Position numbers and translations under genes: made by a program. This document shows positions 1 to 8,332 of a stretch of 24,350 nucleotides of DNA, one piece after another. Below the pieces are notes generated by a model that ran no database searches, was not told where the DNA came from, and saw nothing but the letters and a program-made list of their open reading frames with translations. Location of the stretch: contig JBFGZE010000047.1 in the NCBI GenBank assembly GCA_041586955.1, positions 1-24,350 of the forward strand. Direction: 5' to 3'. Every line of letters starts with the position of its first letter. The stretch's first letter is position 1. Source of the DNA: Bacteriovoracaceae bacterium. Its GTDB lineage: Bacteria; Bdellovibrionota; Bacteriovoracia; Bacteriovoracales; Bacteriovoracaceae.

Positions 1-2
1 GT

Positions 3-578
3 AAGCTTATTTATCGTGGTAACGAAGATGAAGATATTAAGAAAATAGAATTTATGGTTATTCGCATTAAACGAATTATCGACTCTCTTTTGCAATTGTG
101 CGATGAAGATAATCACAGCGAAAATATCCAACAATTTAAGGCCTGCGCGCTCTTAGATGATCTCCTCAATTTATTCAGCGAAAGGCTTAAAATTAATAAT
201 ATAGGACTTATGATCGAAGATCTTGGCCGCGGCCAGGAAGTCCGCGGGAACCGGGCCCTCTTATCACAAGTTTTATTTAATCTAATGATGAATTCATATC
301 AGGCAATCCTCAATTTAGAAAAAAAATGGATTCGCTTAACCATTGATTCCAACCAAACTCATCTTATCTTTAAAGTGACAGACTCGGGAAAAGGTATTCC
401 TCCAGAGATCAAATCCAAAATATTTTCTCCTTTTTTTACCACCAAGAAGGATACACACGGAACAGGTCTTGGCCTAAGTACCAGCTTACAAATCATAACC
501 AATCAAAAGGGTATACTTTATCTCAATGATAAGTCTCCCCATACCCAATTTATATTTGAATTACCACACGCGACCTAA
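3..578 (+). CDS. Sensor histidine kinase, C-terminal HATPase_c domain (5' truncated by window edge)
   Basis: Frame is open from base 3 (KLIYRGNEDEDIKKIEFM...). N box QVLFNLMMNSYQA, G1 DSGKGI, F box FSPFFTTK, G2 GTGLGL. Confidence 0.92.
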   Translation, partial: KLIYRGNEDEDIKKIEFMVIRIKRIIDSLLQLCDEDNHSENIQQFKACALLDDLLNLFSERLKINNIGLMIEDLGRGQEVRGNRALLSQVLFNLMMNSYQAILNLEKKWIRLTIDSNQTHLIFKVTDSGKGIPPEIKSKIFSPFFTTKKDTHGTGLGLSTSLQIITNQKGILYLNDKSPHTQFIFELPHAT

Positions 579-723
579 TTCAAAACCATCAAAGATTACC
601 TACATTAATATCGTTACATGATTATTGAGCAGGGAAAGCAATTCCCTATTTCAAATAATCGAAATTCCTATGAAAATTTATTTAGTTAAGCTACTTGAAA
701 AAGCAATCTAAGGGGATTTTTCC

Positions 724-1329
724 ATGACAAAACTTTTTAAAATTTTATCTCTTTTCAGTTTCCTCGTATTGGCAACAAATGCCAAAGCCGGCCTACTTAT
801 TGAGCCTCTCGCCGGTTATGCCAAAGGTGGTAATGGTGGGGCGACTGAAGCTGATAAGGTTGATTATAGCGGAATTGGCCTCGGTGGCCGTATCGGCTTT
901 GATCTTCCTATCTTTCAAGCTGGGGCCACCTATGAAATGGTATCCATTACAGGTGAGGCAGCATCGGCCAACACCTCTTTTTACGAAGAATTAGAATTTA
1001 CCCAAATGGGTGTTTTTGCCGGGCTAAAACTAGGAATCGTAAGATTATTGGCAACCTATTACATTAACACAGAATATGAGGCCTCAAAAATAAAAGGATC
1101 ACAATCCGCCGCTGCTATCGCACTCTTAGGTGAGAAAGCGACGTTTACTGGAAGTAGCGGGATTGGTATCGACCTTGGTTTTTCCATTCTGCCAATGGTT
1201 GGCCTTAACATTTCTTATCGTAACCTCTCCTACGATAAGGTAAAATACTCTATTGATAATGTTGAAAGGAGCACGAATTCTGAAGCTTCATTTCTTATGT
1301 TTGGAGTGAGTTTCCCACTCACTATATAA
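724..1329 (+). CDS. Secreted outer-membrane beta-barrel protein (small barrel type)
   Basis: Signal peptide ending ANAKA-like (ATNAKA/G), alternating Gly/aromatic beta-strands, C-terminal MFGVSFPLTI; RBS AAGGGG upstream. Confidence 0.75.
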   Translation: MTKLFKILSLFSFLVLATNAKAGLLIEPLAGYAKGGNGGATEADKVDYSGIGLGGRIGFDLPIFQAGATYEMVSITGEAASANTSFYEELEFTQMGVFAGLKLGIVRLLATYYINTEYEASKIKGSQSAAAIALLGEKATFTGSSGIGIDLGFSILPMVGLNISYRNLSYDKVKYSIDNVERSTNSEASFLMFGVSFPLTI

Positions 1330-1368
1330 AAACACTTCTAAGGCCAGCAAAGGTTAATTTCAAAATGG

Positions 1369-1408
1369 TGCTCATTGCCGTCACAAACGATGCAATGAGC
1401 ATTTTTTT
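1369..1408 (+). terminator. Rho-independent terminator after the beta-barrel gene
   Basis: Perfect 10-bp stem TGCTCATTGC (1369-1378) / GCAATGAGCA (1392-1401) followed by T7. Confidence 0.75.
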
Positions 1409-1476
1409 CTCTTGGATCTTTAGGCCAATTGGACGTATTCTCTAAAGAATTATTACACTCAACCAAGGATAAAAAA

Positions 1477-1974
1477 ATGACTCAAATTACATTAAAAGGC
1501 AATCCCATCAATACATGTGGAGAATTACCTGCGGTTGGCACAACGCTCCCAGACTTCACTCTTGTAAGAAATGACTTATCAGAGGCGACTCTTGAAACTT
1601 GGGCCGGTAAGAAAAAGATCCTCTCTTTTTTCCCAAGCGTTGATACGGGAACCTGTGCCACAAGTGTCCGTACATTCAACAAAAATGCCTCTGAATTAAC
1701 AAATGTTGTTGTTCTTAATATTTCGGCCGACCTTCCTTTTGCCCAAAAAAGATTTTGTGCTGCTGAAGGAATTGATCAAGTCGAAACTCTCTCTACTTTT
1801 AGAACAACGTTGGCCAAGGATTGGGGCCTAGAGATCGTAGATGGCCCTTTGGCAGGCCTTATCTCTCGCGCTATTATTGTTTTAGATGAAAATAATAAGA
1901 TTCTTCATACTGAACAAGTTACTGAAACAACAGAAGAGCCAAATTATCAAGCGGCCCTTACCGCCTTAAAATAA
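1477..1974 (+). CDS. tpx: Thiol peroxidase (atypical 2-Cys peroxiredoxin)
   Basis: MTQITLKGNP start with AAGGA RBS; PSVDTGTCATSVRTFN peroxidatic motif; ISADLPFAQKRFC resolving Cys; EPNY near the C-terminus. Confidence 0.95.
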   Translation: MTQITLKGNPINTCGELPAVGTTLPDFTLVRNDLSEATLETWAGKKKILSFFPSVDTGTCATSVRTFNKNASELTNVVVLNISADLPFAQKRFCAAEGIDQVETLSTFRTTLAKDWGLEIVDGPLAGLISRAIIVLDENNKILHTEQVTETTEEPNYQAALTALK

Positions 1975-2000
1975 TATCGTAAAAGGTTTAAATAAAAGAT

Positions 2001-2029
2001 GGCCCTTGCTTAAACGCAGGGGCCTTTTT
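2001..2029 (+). terminator. Intrinsic terminator between convergent tpx and AI-2E genes, possibly bidirectional
   Basis: Stem GGCCCTTGC / GCAGGGGCC (9 bp, one G-U) followed by TTTTT; A-rich tract on the 5' side. Confidence 0.75.
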
Positions 2030-3113
2030 ACTTTAGTGAACCCTTTTTTGATTCCTCCGGTAGATAAAAGGTAAAAAAAAGGTCAACCATCGCCAGAAAA
2101 ACAGTACAAATGACCGGGCCATAGAATATCCCCGCCATTCCAAAGACACTCATACCGGCAATAATATAAAATAACAGCACCAAGGAATTAATCTGAATTC
2201 GATTACCGATAAAGCGCGGTTTAAACCAATTTTCCACCAAAAGGGCCACCGTCGAGGTGAAAATAAGAAGAAAGATTCCTGCAACCGTATCACCTGTTAG
2301 GATCAAATAAATTGAGGCCGGAAGGGAAATCACCGAAATCCCCACCAAGGGAATAAAGGCCAAAATCGTCATTGTCGTGGTCCATAAAACAACAGACTCA
2401 ATACCAACAATCCAAAAGGCCAGCCCCGCGAGCCCGCCTTGAATCAGTCCGCCAATCCCATTACAGACAAGACTTACAAAATTCATTTGGGAAAGCTTAT
2501 CAAAAACCACCTGTTCTTGCTCATCAGGTAAAGGACTTAATTTAAAAATAAAATCCTTTAAGGCCTCACCTTCAATGAAAAACCCATAAATCGCCATCAC
2601 CATGATTACGAAAGAAAAAAGGAAGGAAAATGTATCAGAGATCCATAAATTAATATACTGAAGACCCTGCCCCCAGTAATTTTGCATCTGCTCTAATGCC
2701 TTGGCGGTCATTTTATCTGGTGAAATATCGAGTGCTAAAAGGTCAATCAACTGCTTAACAATTTTGGCAAAGGCACCATCACCAAATAAAAATTCCTGGA
2801 CCTCCCCATTGAAGATTGCTGTTCTAATAGAAATAAATAAAGTCGCTGACTCTCTGGATACTTGAACAATGATATAAATGACCGGTAAGACAATAATCAA
2901 AAAAATAAGTAAACACGTCAAAATGGAGGCAACTTCTTTTTTCCATTTGAGCTTATTTTGAATACCTTTAAAGATGGGGTAAAACCCTGTCGCCAAAATG
3001 CCGGCAAAGGCCAAAGAATGGAACATCCCCTTAAAGAGGAAGAGATTTAAAAAAATAATAGCAATAAAGGCGGTGAAAAAAACGCGATTATTGATTTTAG
3101 TTCGATCTGTCAT
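2028..3113 (-). CDS. AI-2E (PerM/UPF0118) family transporter
   Basis: 361 aa, multiple TM helices, LAFIPLVG and ENWFKPRFIG...GMSVFGMAGIFYGP motifs typical of AI-2E. Confidence 0.88.
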   Translation of the reverse strand: MTDRTKINNRVFFTAFIAIIFLNLFLFKGMFHSLAFAGILATGFYPIFKGIQNKLKWKKEVASILTCLLIFLIIVLPVIYIIVQVSRESATLFISIRTAIFNGEVQEFLFGDGAFAKIVKQLIDLLALDISPDKMTAKALEQMQNYWGQGLQYINLWISDTFSFLFSFVIMVMAIYGFFIEGEALKDFIFKLSPLPDEQEQVVFDKLSQMNFVSLVCNGIGGLIQGGLAGLAFWIVGIESVVLWTTTMTILAFIPLVGISVISLPASIYLILTGDTVAGIFLLIFTSTVALLVENWFKPRFIGNRIQINSLVLLFYIIAGMSVFGMAGIFYGPVICTVFLAMVDLFFTFYLPEESKKGSLK

Positions 3114-3261
3114 ATTATTATCCTAGCGATTTTTTAGCTTGATTCCCATAAATATTTTACGGCGATTCATAATTTGCGCAGCGTAAAAACTGCTTTTTTC
3201 TTTTAACAACTAATTGACATTCTATTGACACCAATTCTCGCTCTGCGAGCTAGGATGATCT

Positions 3262-3608
3262 CAGAACTTTAACAGGGATGCAGCTTGAACTGCCCCAACA
3301 CAGGAGGAAGTCGCGAGAAAAAGAGTACCGGAGGTTTGCCCGTATATGAAAAGGAATAAAGTAAAAGGTCTTCCTTTGCCTTGTTAAAATGCCGTCTGAG
3401 TCCAGAATATCAAAAATAACGCCTTCGTCGTTTAATTTGATATTTGCATTCTTAAGGTCAATGATCTTGAAAGATTTTTGATCTGTCACCATAAATTTCT
3501 CTCTTTTAAATATCGTTAAAAATAATCCCCCCGGCATTGAGGTTTGGAAGACCTTTGAATACTTCTTTTCTCAGTACTTGAAGTTGGTCCTCATCGCCTT
3601 AAAGACTG
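3262..3608 (+). ncRNA. Candidate large structured non-coding RNA of unknown class
   Basis: Nested long-range helices found by eye: 3267-3272/3599-3604, 3277-3280/3592-3595, 3295-3299/3583-3587, 3315-3327/3560-3572, 3364-3374/3546-3556 (perfect 11 bp), 3378-3382/3539-3543, 3388-3394/3532-3538. Internal hairpins at 3405-3445 and 3455-3484. G-U pairs favour the + strand. Confidence 0.55.
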
Positions 3609-3836
3609 CTTGCTAGAAATTGATCAATATATTAATTAATATTTTCCATTTTACTGGAGTTCTCGCAAAAAAGGTGACGCGAGTCAAAGTTGCGCAAGTC
3701 ACCCCCGATGCAAAGCGATAGATCAATCGCAAAAAAATACCTAATTGAAATCATATAAATATAAGATAGAATCCATTTTCTAATTATCCCCTCGTTAATT
3801 ATGATTTCCGTCTAGAGCATACAAGTCGAGGTCATT

Positions 3837-5237
3837 ATGAATTATTTTTTTCTATTTATTTTATCCCTCATATCCCTTGATACGCTCTCTAAGGCCTATG
3901 TTCGCTTTTCACCGGACGAGGGTAAATTTGCCTTCCAAGACATCTTTGAGCGAATCGATTCCGCCTCAAACTCAATTGACATGACTCTTTATAGCTGGTC
4001 CCATCCGTCTTTAATGCCACATTTAAAAAATGCACTGCAAAGAAATATTCAATTGAGAATGGTTCTTCACCCAAAATTGGCAAAAAAAGAAAAAATTAAA
4101 GAAAATATCATGATCTTAAACGAGATGGGTGCAAAAATAAAAATCTCCCCCAAAGATATGCATGAAAAAATGCTACTTATTGATGACCGTTTTTTATTAA
4201 ATACTAGCGCTAATTTTTCAATGGGCGCTCAAAATAAATATTCGGAGAATTTTATCTTCCATATAAACGAAGGAGAGCCCCAAATTCAATCACTCATAAG
4301 ACAATTTCAAAATGAATTTGAAATACTATGGAATTACGCGCGGGAGAGTGCAAAGGGGGAACTCTATCGAGATAGTACCTCTGAAATAAGAACTTTCAAC
4401 AAAGAATTCTTAGAACAAGACAATATCCTTTTTTCGAGTTCTGAAAATTATAATCAAACAATCATGGCAAAAGCCATTAAGGGTAGTAAACTCAAGCTAA
4501 AGATCAAAAATAAACAATCATGGGTGGTGCGAGATGAAATCATCCGTCAAATCCAAAGAGCTCAGGTCAGTATTGATCTTAATCTCAATCATTTTTTCAT
4601 AAAGGAAATCGCAGATGCATTGATTCAGGTGGCATCCAACAAGAATATAAAAGTACGTCTAATGGCCGATAACCAAGAGTTTAATCTATCTCCGCAAGCG
4701 AGGGAAATCACGCCCTATTTCGCCACACAATGGAAAAAGGAATTTCCCCTCCGGGAAATACCCATTCGTATAAAATTTTACTCTTTAAGACCCTCCTATC
4801 GTTTCTGGCACCTTAATCATCATAAATATATTATAATTGATCGCGATAGCGATGCACCCGTTCTAATAAATGGCAGCTATAATTTTTCCAAAAAGGCCGA
4901 ACAAGGGCAATTTGATAATATGGTGGTTTATCAAAACCAACTCTACAAAAAGGTCATCCAGCGCTTCAGTCAAGAGTTTAATAAATTATGGTTCCAAAAT
5001 AGAAATGACAAAGATCGTCCCACTCAAGAAATTCTCAATTACTTTCAACATAGTGTGGAAGGATTTTATCCGATTCACTCGCCAGTCCCAATGGCCATGA
5101 AATGGGATGAACTCATTACTTGGTTCAAGTTCTACAAGGCCAAGTTAAACATTCACTCAATACCAATATTTTCGAATCATAAACATTGCACAAATTATAA
5201 CCCAATAACGAGAGAAGTCTCTGGATGCCCTTTCTAA
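3837..5237 (+). CDS. Secreted phospholipase D / nuclease superfamily protein with two HKD motifs
   Basis: HEKMLLID...TSANFS and HHKYIIID...NGSYNFS (HxKxxxxD plus (G)SxN); N-terminal hydrophobic signal sequence. Confidence 0.88.
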   Translation: MNYFFLFILSLISLDTLSKAYVRFSPDEGKFAFQDIFERIDSASNSIDMTLYSWSHPSLMPHLKNALQRNIQLRMVLHPKLAKKEKIKENIMILNEMGAKIKISPKDMHEKMLLIDDRFLLNTSANFSMGAQNKYSENFIFHINEGEPQIQSLIRQFQNEFEILWNYARESAKGELYRDSTSEIRTFNKEFLEQDNILFSSSENYNQTIMAKAIKGSKLKLKIKNKQSWVVRDEIIRQIQRAQVSIDLNLNHFFIKEIADALIQVASNKNIKVRLMADNQEFNLSPQAREITPYFATQWKKEFPLREIPIRIKFYSLRPSYRFWHLNHHKYIIIDRDSDAPVLINGSYNFSKKAEQGQFDNMVVYQNQLYKKVIQRFSQEFNKLWFQNRNDKDRPTQEILNYFQHSVEGFYPIHSPVPMAMKWDELITWFKFYKAKLNIHSIPIFSNHKHCTNYNPITREVSGCPF

Positions 5238-5337
5238 ATAGATTTTTTCTATAAGTAATATAGGTTTTACCCCTTATAAGAAATAGATTAAATATGCCAT
5301 AACCTCATTTTAAAATCACCAAATGGGGAGGCATAAA

Positions 5338-5535
5338 ATGACATCAAAGAAGCAAGAATGGAAAGTTCTAAAAAGTAAAATCAAAAACAAATTTGACAAA
5401 TTCAGTAGTTCCGATATTGAGGAACTTCATGGCCATATGGAACGTTTAACGGATAAAGTCCAAGAAGTTTATCAATACGATCGAACTAAAGCTGAAAAGG
5501 AATGCCAATCATTCAATAATTCACTTAAGCAATGA
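5338..5535 (+). CDS. CsbD/YjbJ-like general stress protein
   Basis: GGGAGG RBS before ATG 5338; WKVLKSKIKNKFDKFSSSDIEELHGHMERLTDKVQEVYQYDRTKAEKE follows the YjbJ pattern (W..KG.VK..W..LT.DD...I.G..D.L.G.IQE.YG....AEKE). Confidence 0.75.
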   Translation: MTSKKQEWKVLKSKIKNKFDKFSSSDIEELHGHMERLTDKVQEVYQYDRTKAEKECQSFNNSLKQ

Positions 5536-5570
5536 AGCAAATCCCACTTTCTATAAGGTAGGTGTTATTG

Positions 5571-7052
5571 ATGAGTTCAGGAGAAGTTGAAGAATGGGAA
5601 AATGAAGGTGGCCATCCTGCACCTTTTGAGACCTATGAGTTTAAACTCGAAAATTTAAATAAACCCCATCTCCACAAATTCTGGGGAAAAGAAACAGAAC
5701 GTTCTCTTATGTATTTTAATATAGGGAATGATTTTTTTGATCCCATTTTCATTTCTACCCTGATTAATATTAAAAAATATATGGCACAGGCCAATCATTG
5801 CTTGGGGTTGATTGATTATAATAATTCCGAGGCCATTATCAATGCTGCAGATTACCTATTGGCAAATCATGACTTTTCCCAATTCCCTACCAAAATTTGG
5901 CAAACAGGAAGTGGTACTCAAATTAATATGAATGCCAATGAGGTTTTAGCGTCAATTGCCACTGAATTATCTCAACAAGTAAACCCCCTTACAACAATCC
6001 ATCCTAATGACCATGTTAATATGTCTCAATCGTCTAATGACGTTATTCCTACAGCTTTGAATATATCAGCAACGAAGCTGGTCCTGGACAAACTCATGCC
6101 ACAATTAACTCAAATGGAGTTGAGGCTCAAAGAGATTGAAGAAAAGTATAGTCAAACCATAAAGGTGGGCCGCACTCACTTCATGGACGCGGTTCCGATG
6201 TCCCTAGGCCAAGAATTCGGTGCCTTTAAAAGTCAAATTGTGGAAAACAAAAAACGACTCATGGATACTCTTGAGAGGCTTAAACTAATCCCTCTAGGAG
6301 GCACGGCCATTGGTACCGGAATGAATTGCCCTAAAGAAGTGTCTGACTTTGCTGTTAAAAAGCTCTCTGAAAGTTATGGCATGGAGTTAAAAAAATTGGA
6401 TAACCTTTTTTGTGGGATTGCCGCCAGCGATAGTATTATCGAATTAAGTGGCCAGCTCAAAACCCTCGCCTGTTCGCTTTTAAAAATGGCGAACGATATT
6501 ATTATTCTATCCAGCGGCCCAAATACTGGTATCAACGAAATCATTTTGCCCTATAATGAGGCCGGAAGCTCTATTATGCCAGGAAAGGTCAATCCAACTC
6601 AATGTGAGGCCTTATCAATGGTCTGCTGCCAAGTGATCGGTAATGATAGTGCTATCACTCTAGGGGGTATGCAGGGACGATTGCAATTAAATACATTTCG
6701 TCCACTTTTGATTAAAAATATTCTCCATTCAATCCATTTACTCAGCGATGCGATGAAATCATTTAATGAATATTGTCTTAAAGGGCTGCGCGCCAACGCT
6801 CCCCAAATGAAAAAAAATATGGAAGAGTCAAAAATGATCATTACGGCGATTAACTCAATTATAGGTTATGACAAAGCAACAAAATTAATCGAAAATGCCA
6901 CATTCAACAAAACATCTGTCGCCGAGGAAATTATTAAAGCAGGTGTCCTAACGAAAGATCAACTCGAAAAAAAACTAAATGCCGACTCAATGATTCATCC
7001 CCCACCACTTAGCCGGAAGTTTAATGATTATGGTGCTCGCAATATCGACTAA
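5571..7052 (+). CDS. fumC: Class II fumarate hydratase with atypical N-terminus (alternative start GTG 5562)
   Basis: IWQTGSGTQINMNANEV, HPNDHVNMSQSSND, GRTHFMDA and the fumarate-lyase signature GSSIMPGKVNPTQCE. Confidence 0.9.
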   Translation: MSSGEVEEWENEGGHPAPFETYEFKLENLNKPHLHKFWGKETERSLMYFNIGNDFFDPIFISTLINIKKYMAQANHCLGLIDYNNSEAIINAADYLLANHDFSQFPTKIWQTGSGTQINMNANEVLASIATELSQQVNPLTTIHPNDHVNMSQSSNDVIPTALNISATKLVLDKLMPQLTQMELRLKEIEEKYSQTIKVGRTHFMDAVPMSLGQEFGAFKSQIVENKKRLMDTLERLKLIPLGGTAIGTGMNCPKEVSDFAVKKLSESYGMELKKLDNLFCGIAASDSIIELSGQLKTLACSLLKMANDIIILSSGPNTGINEIILPYNEAGSSIMPGKVNPTQCEALSMVCCQVIGNDSAITLGGMQGRLQLNTFRPLLIKNILHSIHLLSDAMKSFNEYCLKGLRANAPQMKKNMEESKMIITAINSIIGYDKATKLIENATFNKTSVAEEIIKAGVLTKDQLEKKLNADSMIHPPPLSRKFNDYGARNID

Positions 7053-7318
7053 AATCACCGAATCAAGTAACTTATAAGGCCTTAGAGTATCCAAAAGTAC
7101 GGGAGTAACCTTTAAATCACCTTTCATTTTAAGTCTGAAATATGAAAAATGTGTAATCGTTTATAATTTAATCAATTATATCCCCACCTAAGTCCTCAAA
7201 AATATGTCAGTTTTTTTTACAGGTATGTAATTTATGGGTAAAGGTCCTCCTTTCAACCAGCTTCATTGATAAGATTTGGCGATCAATATGACCATTTTCA
7301 GAACCTAAGGAGTCCTGA

Positions 7319-8332
7319 GTGAATATAAAGGCGATTATCCCCCTCTTAGCGCTTTTGACAGCACTTAACCCCACCTTGGCCCAAGATCAATCTTTTGAAG
7401 AGGATTTAAAACTTTTGGGTAATGACTTTAATCTCGAAGTTGAGGGTGAGACCAACCTTAGCTACAGCACAGCTAGTAAAGTACAATTTCATCATTCTTA
7501 CGTCAGCCTATCTTTGGATTGGCAGAATAAAATTCGCACCACCATTACCACTAGATTAGACCACATCTTTAAGGAACAAGGTATTAGATTTGCCAAGCAT
7601 TTTAATCTTGGTACCTTTATCAAAGAAGCTTTTATAGAGATCAAGGAAGTTAACGGCGCTCCTGTTGCTGTTGTTGTTGGGAAACAACCTATTCCTTTTG
7701 GCCAAAACGTAGAGGCCATGCCCTTGTTTCAAAATAGTCCTTTGGATCAATCAATCGAAGAGGTTTTTGGTTTTACCGTTGACCTTCAAGAGGGAATCTT
7801 TGGCGTATTTGACCAAGTTGAACTCTCACTTTTTGAAACGGAAAGCGGTGACTTTGAAATTGGTCGAATGGATGGGGTTTCTGTGCGCATGTCTAAATTA
7901 TTGACCGATCAATTTCTCATGACCCTATCCCATGCACAATTAGGGAATACCCATACCGATACAGGGCATGAAAAACGCACAAGTATTGGCCTTATTGGTG
8001 AATCCACAGATGGCGTATTAGTGGGTTGGATTGAAGGGTTTATTTTTTCAAATAATCCGAAATACCAAAATTCAAATTATGGCGTGACGCTCGGTGCGCT
8101 TATGAAACTTAACGGCACCACTGATGTCATCGTTGAGTATTCTTATATTGAAAAAGAGATCAAGGAAACCGGCATTGGCCTCAAAAAGCATTTGAGTGAT
8201 AACCTTCAGGCCGGAATAGAAGTTCGCTATAACAATCGAGATAAGCTGACATTTGGTATCGGTGTCTCTTATCAATTTGGTGCCCCGGTGTACAATGATG
8301 AAGATGATGACTATCTTTTTGATGAAGAATAA
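7319..8332 (+). CDS. Exported protein, probable porin-like outer-membrane beta-barrel with an acidic C-terminal tail
   Basis: GTG start with AAGGAG RBS, signal peptide (…NPTLA/Q), VVVGKQPIPFG motif as in porins, amphipathic strands ending FGIGVSYQF. Confidence 0.65.
   Translation: MNIKAIIPLLALLTALNPTLAQDQSFEEDLKLLGNDFNLEVEGETNLSYSTASKVQFHHSYVSLSLDWQNKIRTTITTRLDHIFKEQGIRFAKHFNLGTFIKEAFIEIKEVNGAPVAVVVGKQPIPFGQNVEAMPLFQNSPLDQSIEEVFGFTVDLQEGIFGVFDQVELSLFETESGDFEIGRMDGVSVRMSKLLTDQFLMTLSHAQLGNTHTDTGHEKRTSIGLIGESTDGVLVGWIEGFIFSNNPKYQNSNYGVTLGALMKLNGTTDVIVEYSYIEKEIKETGIGLKKHLSDNLQAGIEVRYNNRDKLTFGIGVSYQFGAPVYNDEDDDYLFDEE

Noticed and set aside
1429..1476. Extended starts given in the ORF track (tpx here; also 9481, 9960, 13098, 16793, 16822, 18108)
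   Set aside because: Downstream starts have better RBS, signal-peptide placement or family N-termini.
3250..3537. 95-aa minus-strand ORF in the intergenic region
   Set aside because: No recognisable motif or clear RBS; it overlaps the structured element whose G-U pairs favour the + strand. Probably spurious, though not excluded.
3262..3608. Assignment of the RNA as RNase P, tmRNA, SRP, 6S, cobalamin riboswitch or retron msr-msd
   Set aside because: GAGGAAGTC only loosely resembles RNase P CR-I and CR-V is absent. There are no tRNA-like ends, no SRP helix-8 motif, no GTTCAAG partner for CTTGAAC as in 6S, no B12 box, and no reverse transcriptase in the window.
5246..5557. TTTCTATAAG repeated upstream of csbD (5246-5255) and fumC (5548-5557)
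   Set aside because: An AT-rich 10-mer at inconsistent distances from the start codons; chance is plausible.
7205..7292. TGT-N11-ACA site plus TGGC..ATGA as an enhancer and sigma-54 promoter for the porin gene
   Set aside because: The -12 element lacks the TTGC consensus; too weak to call.
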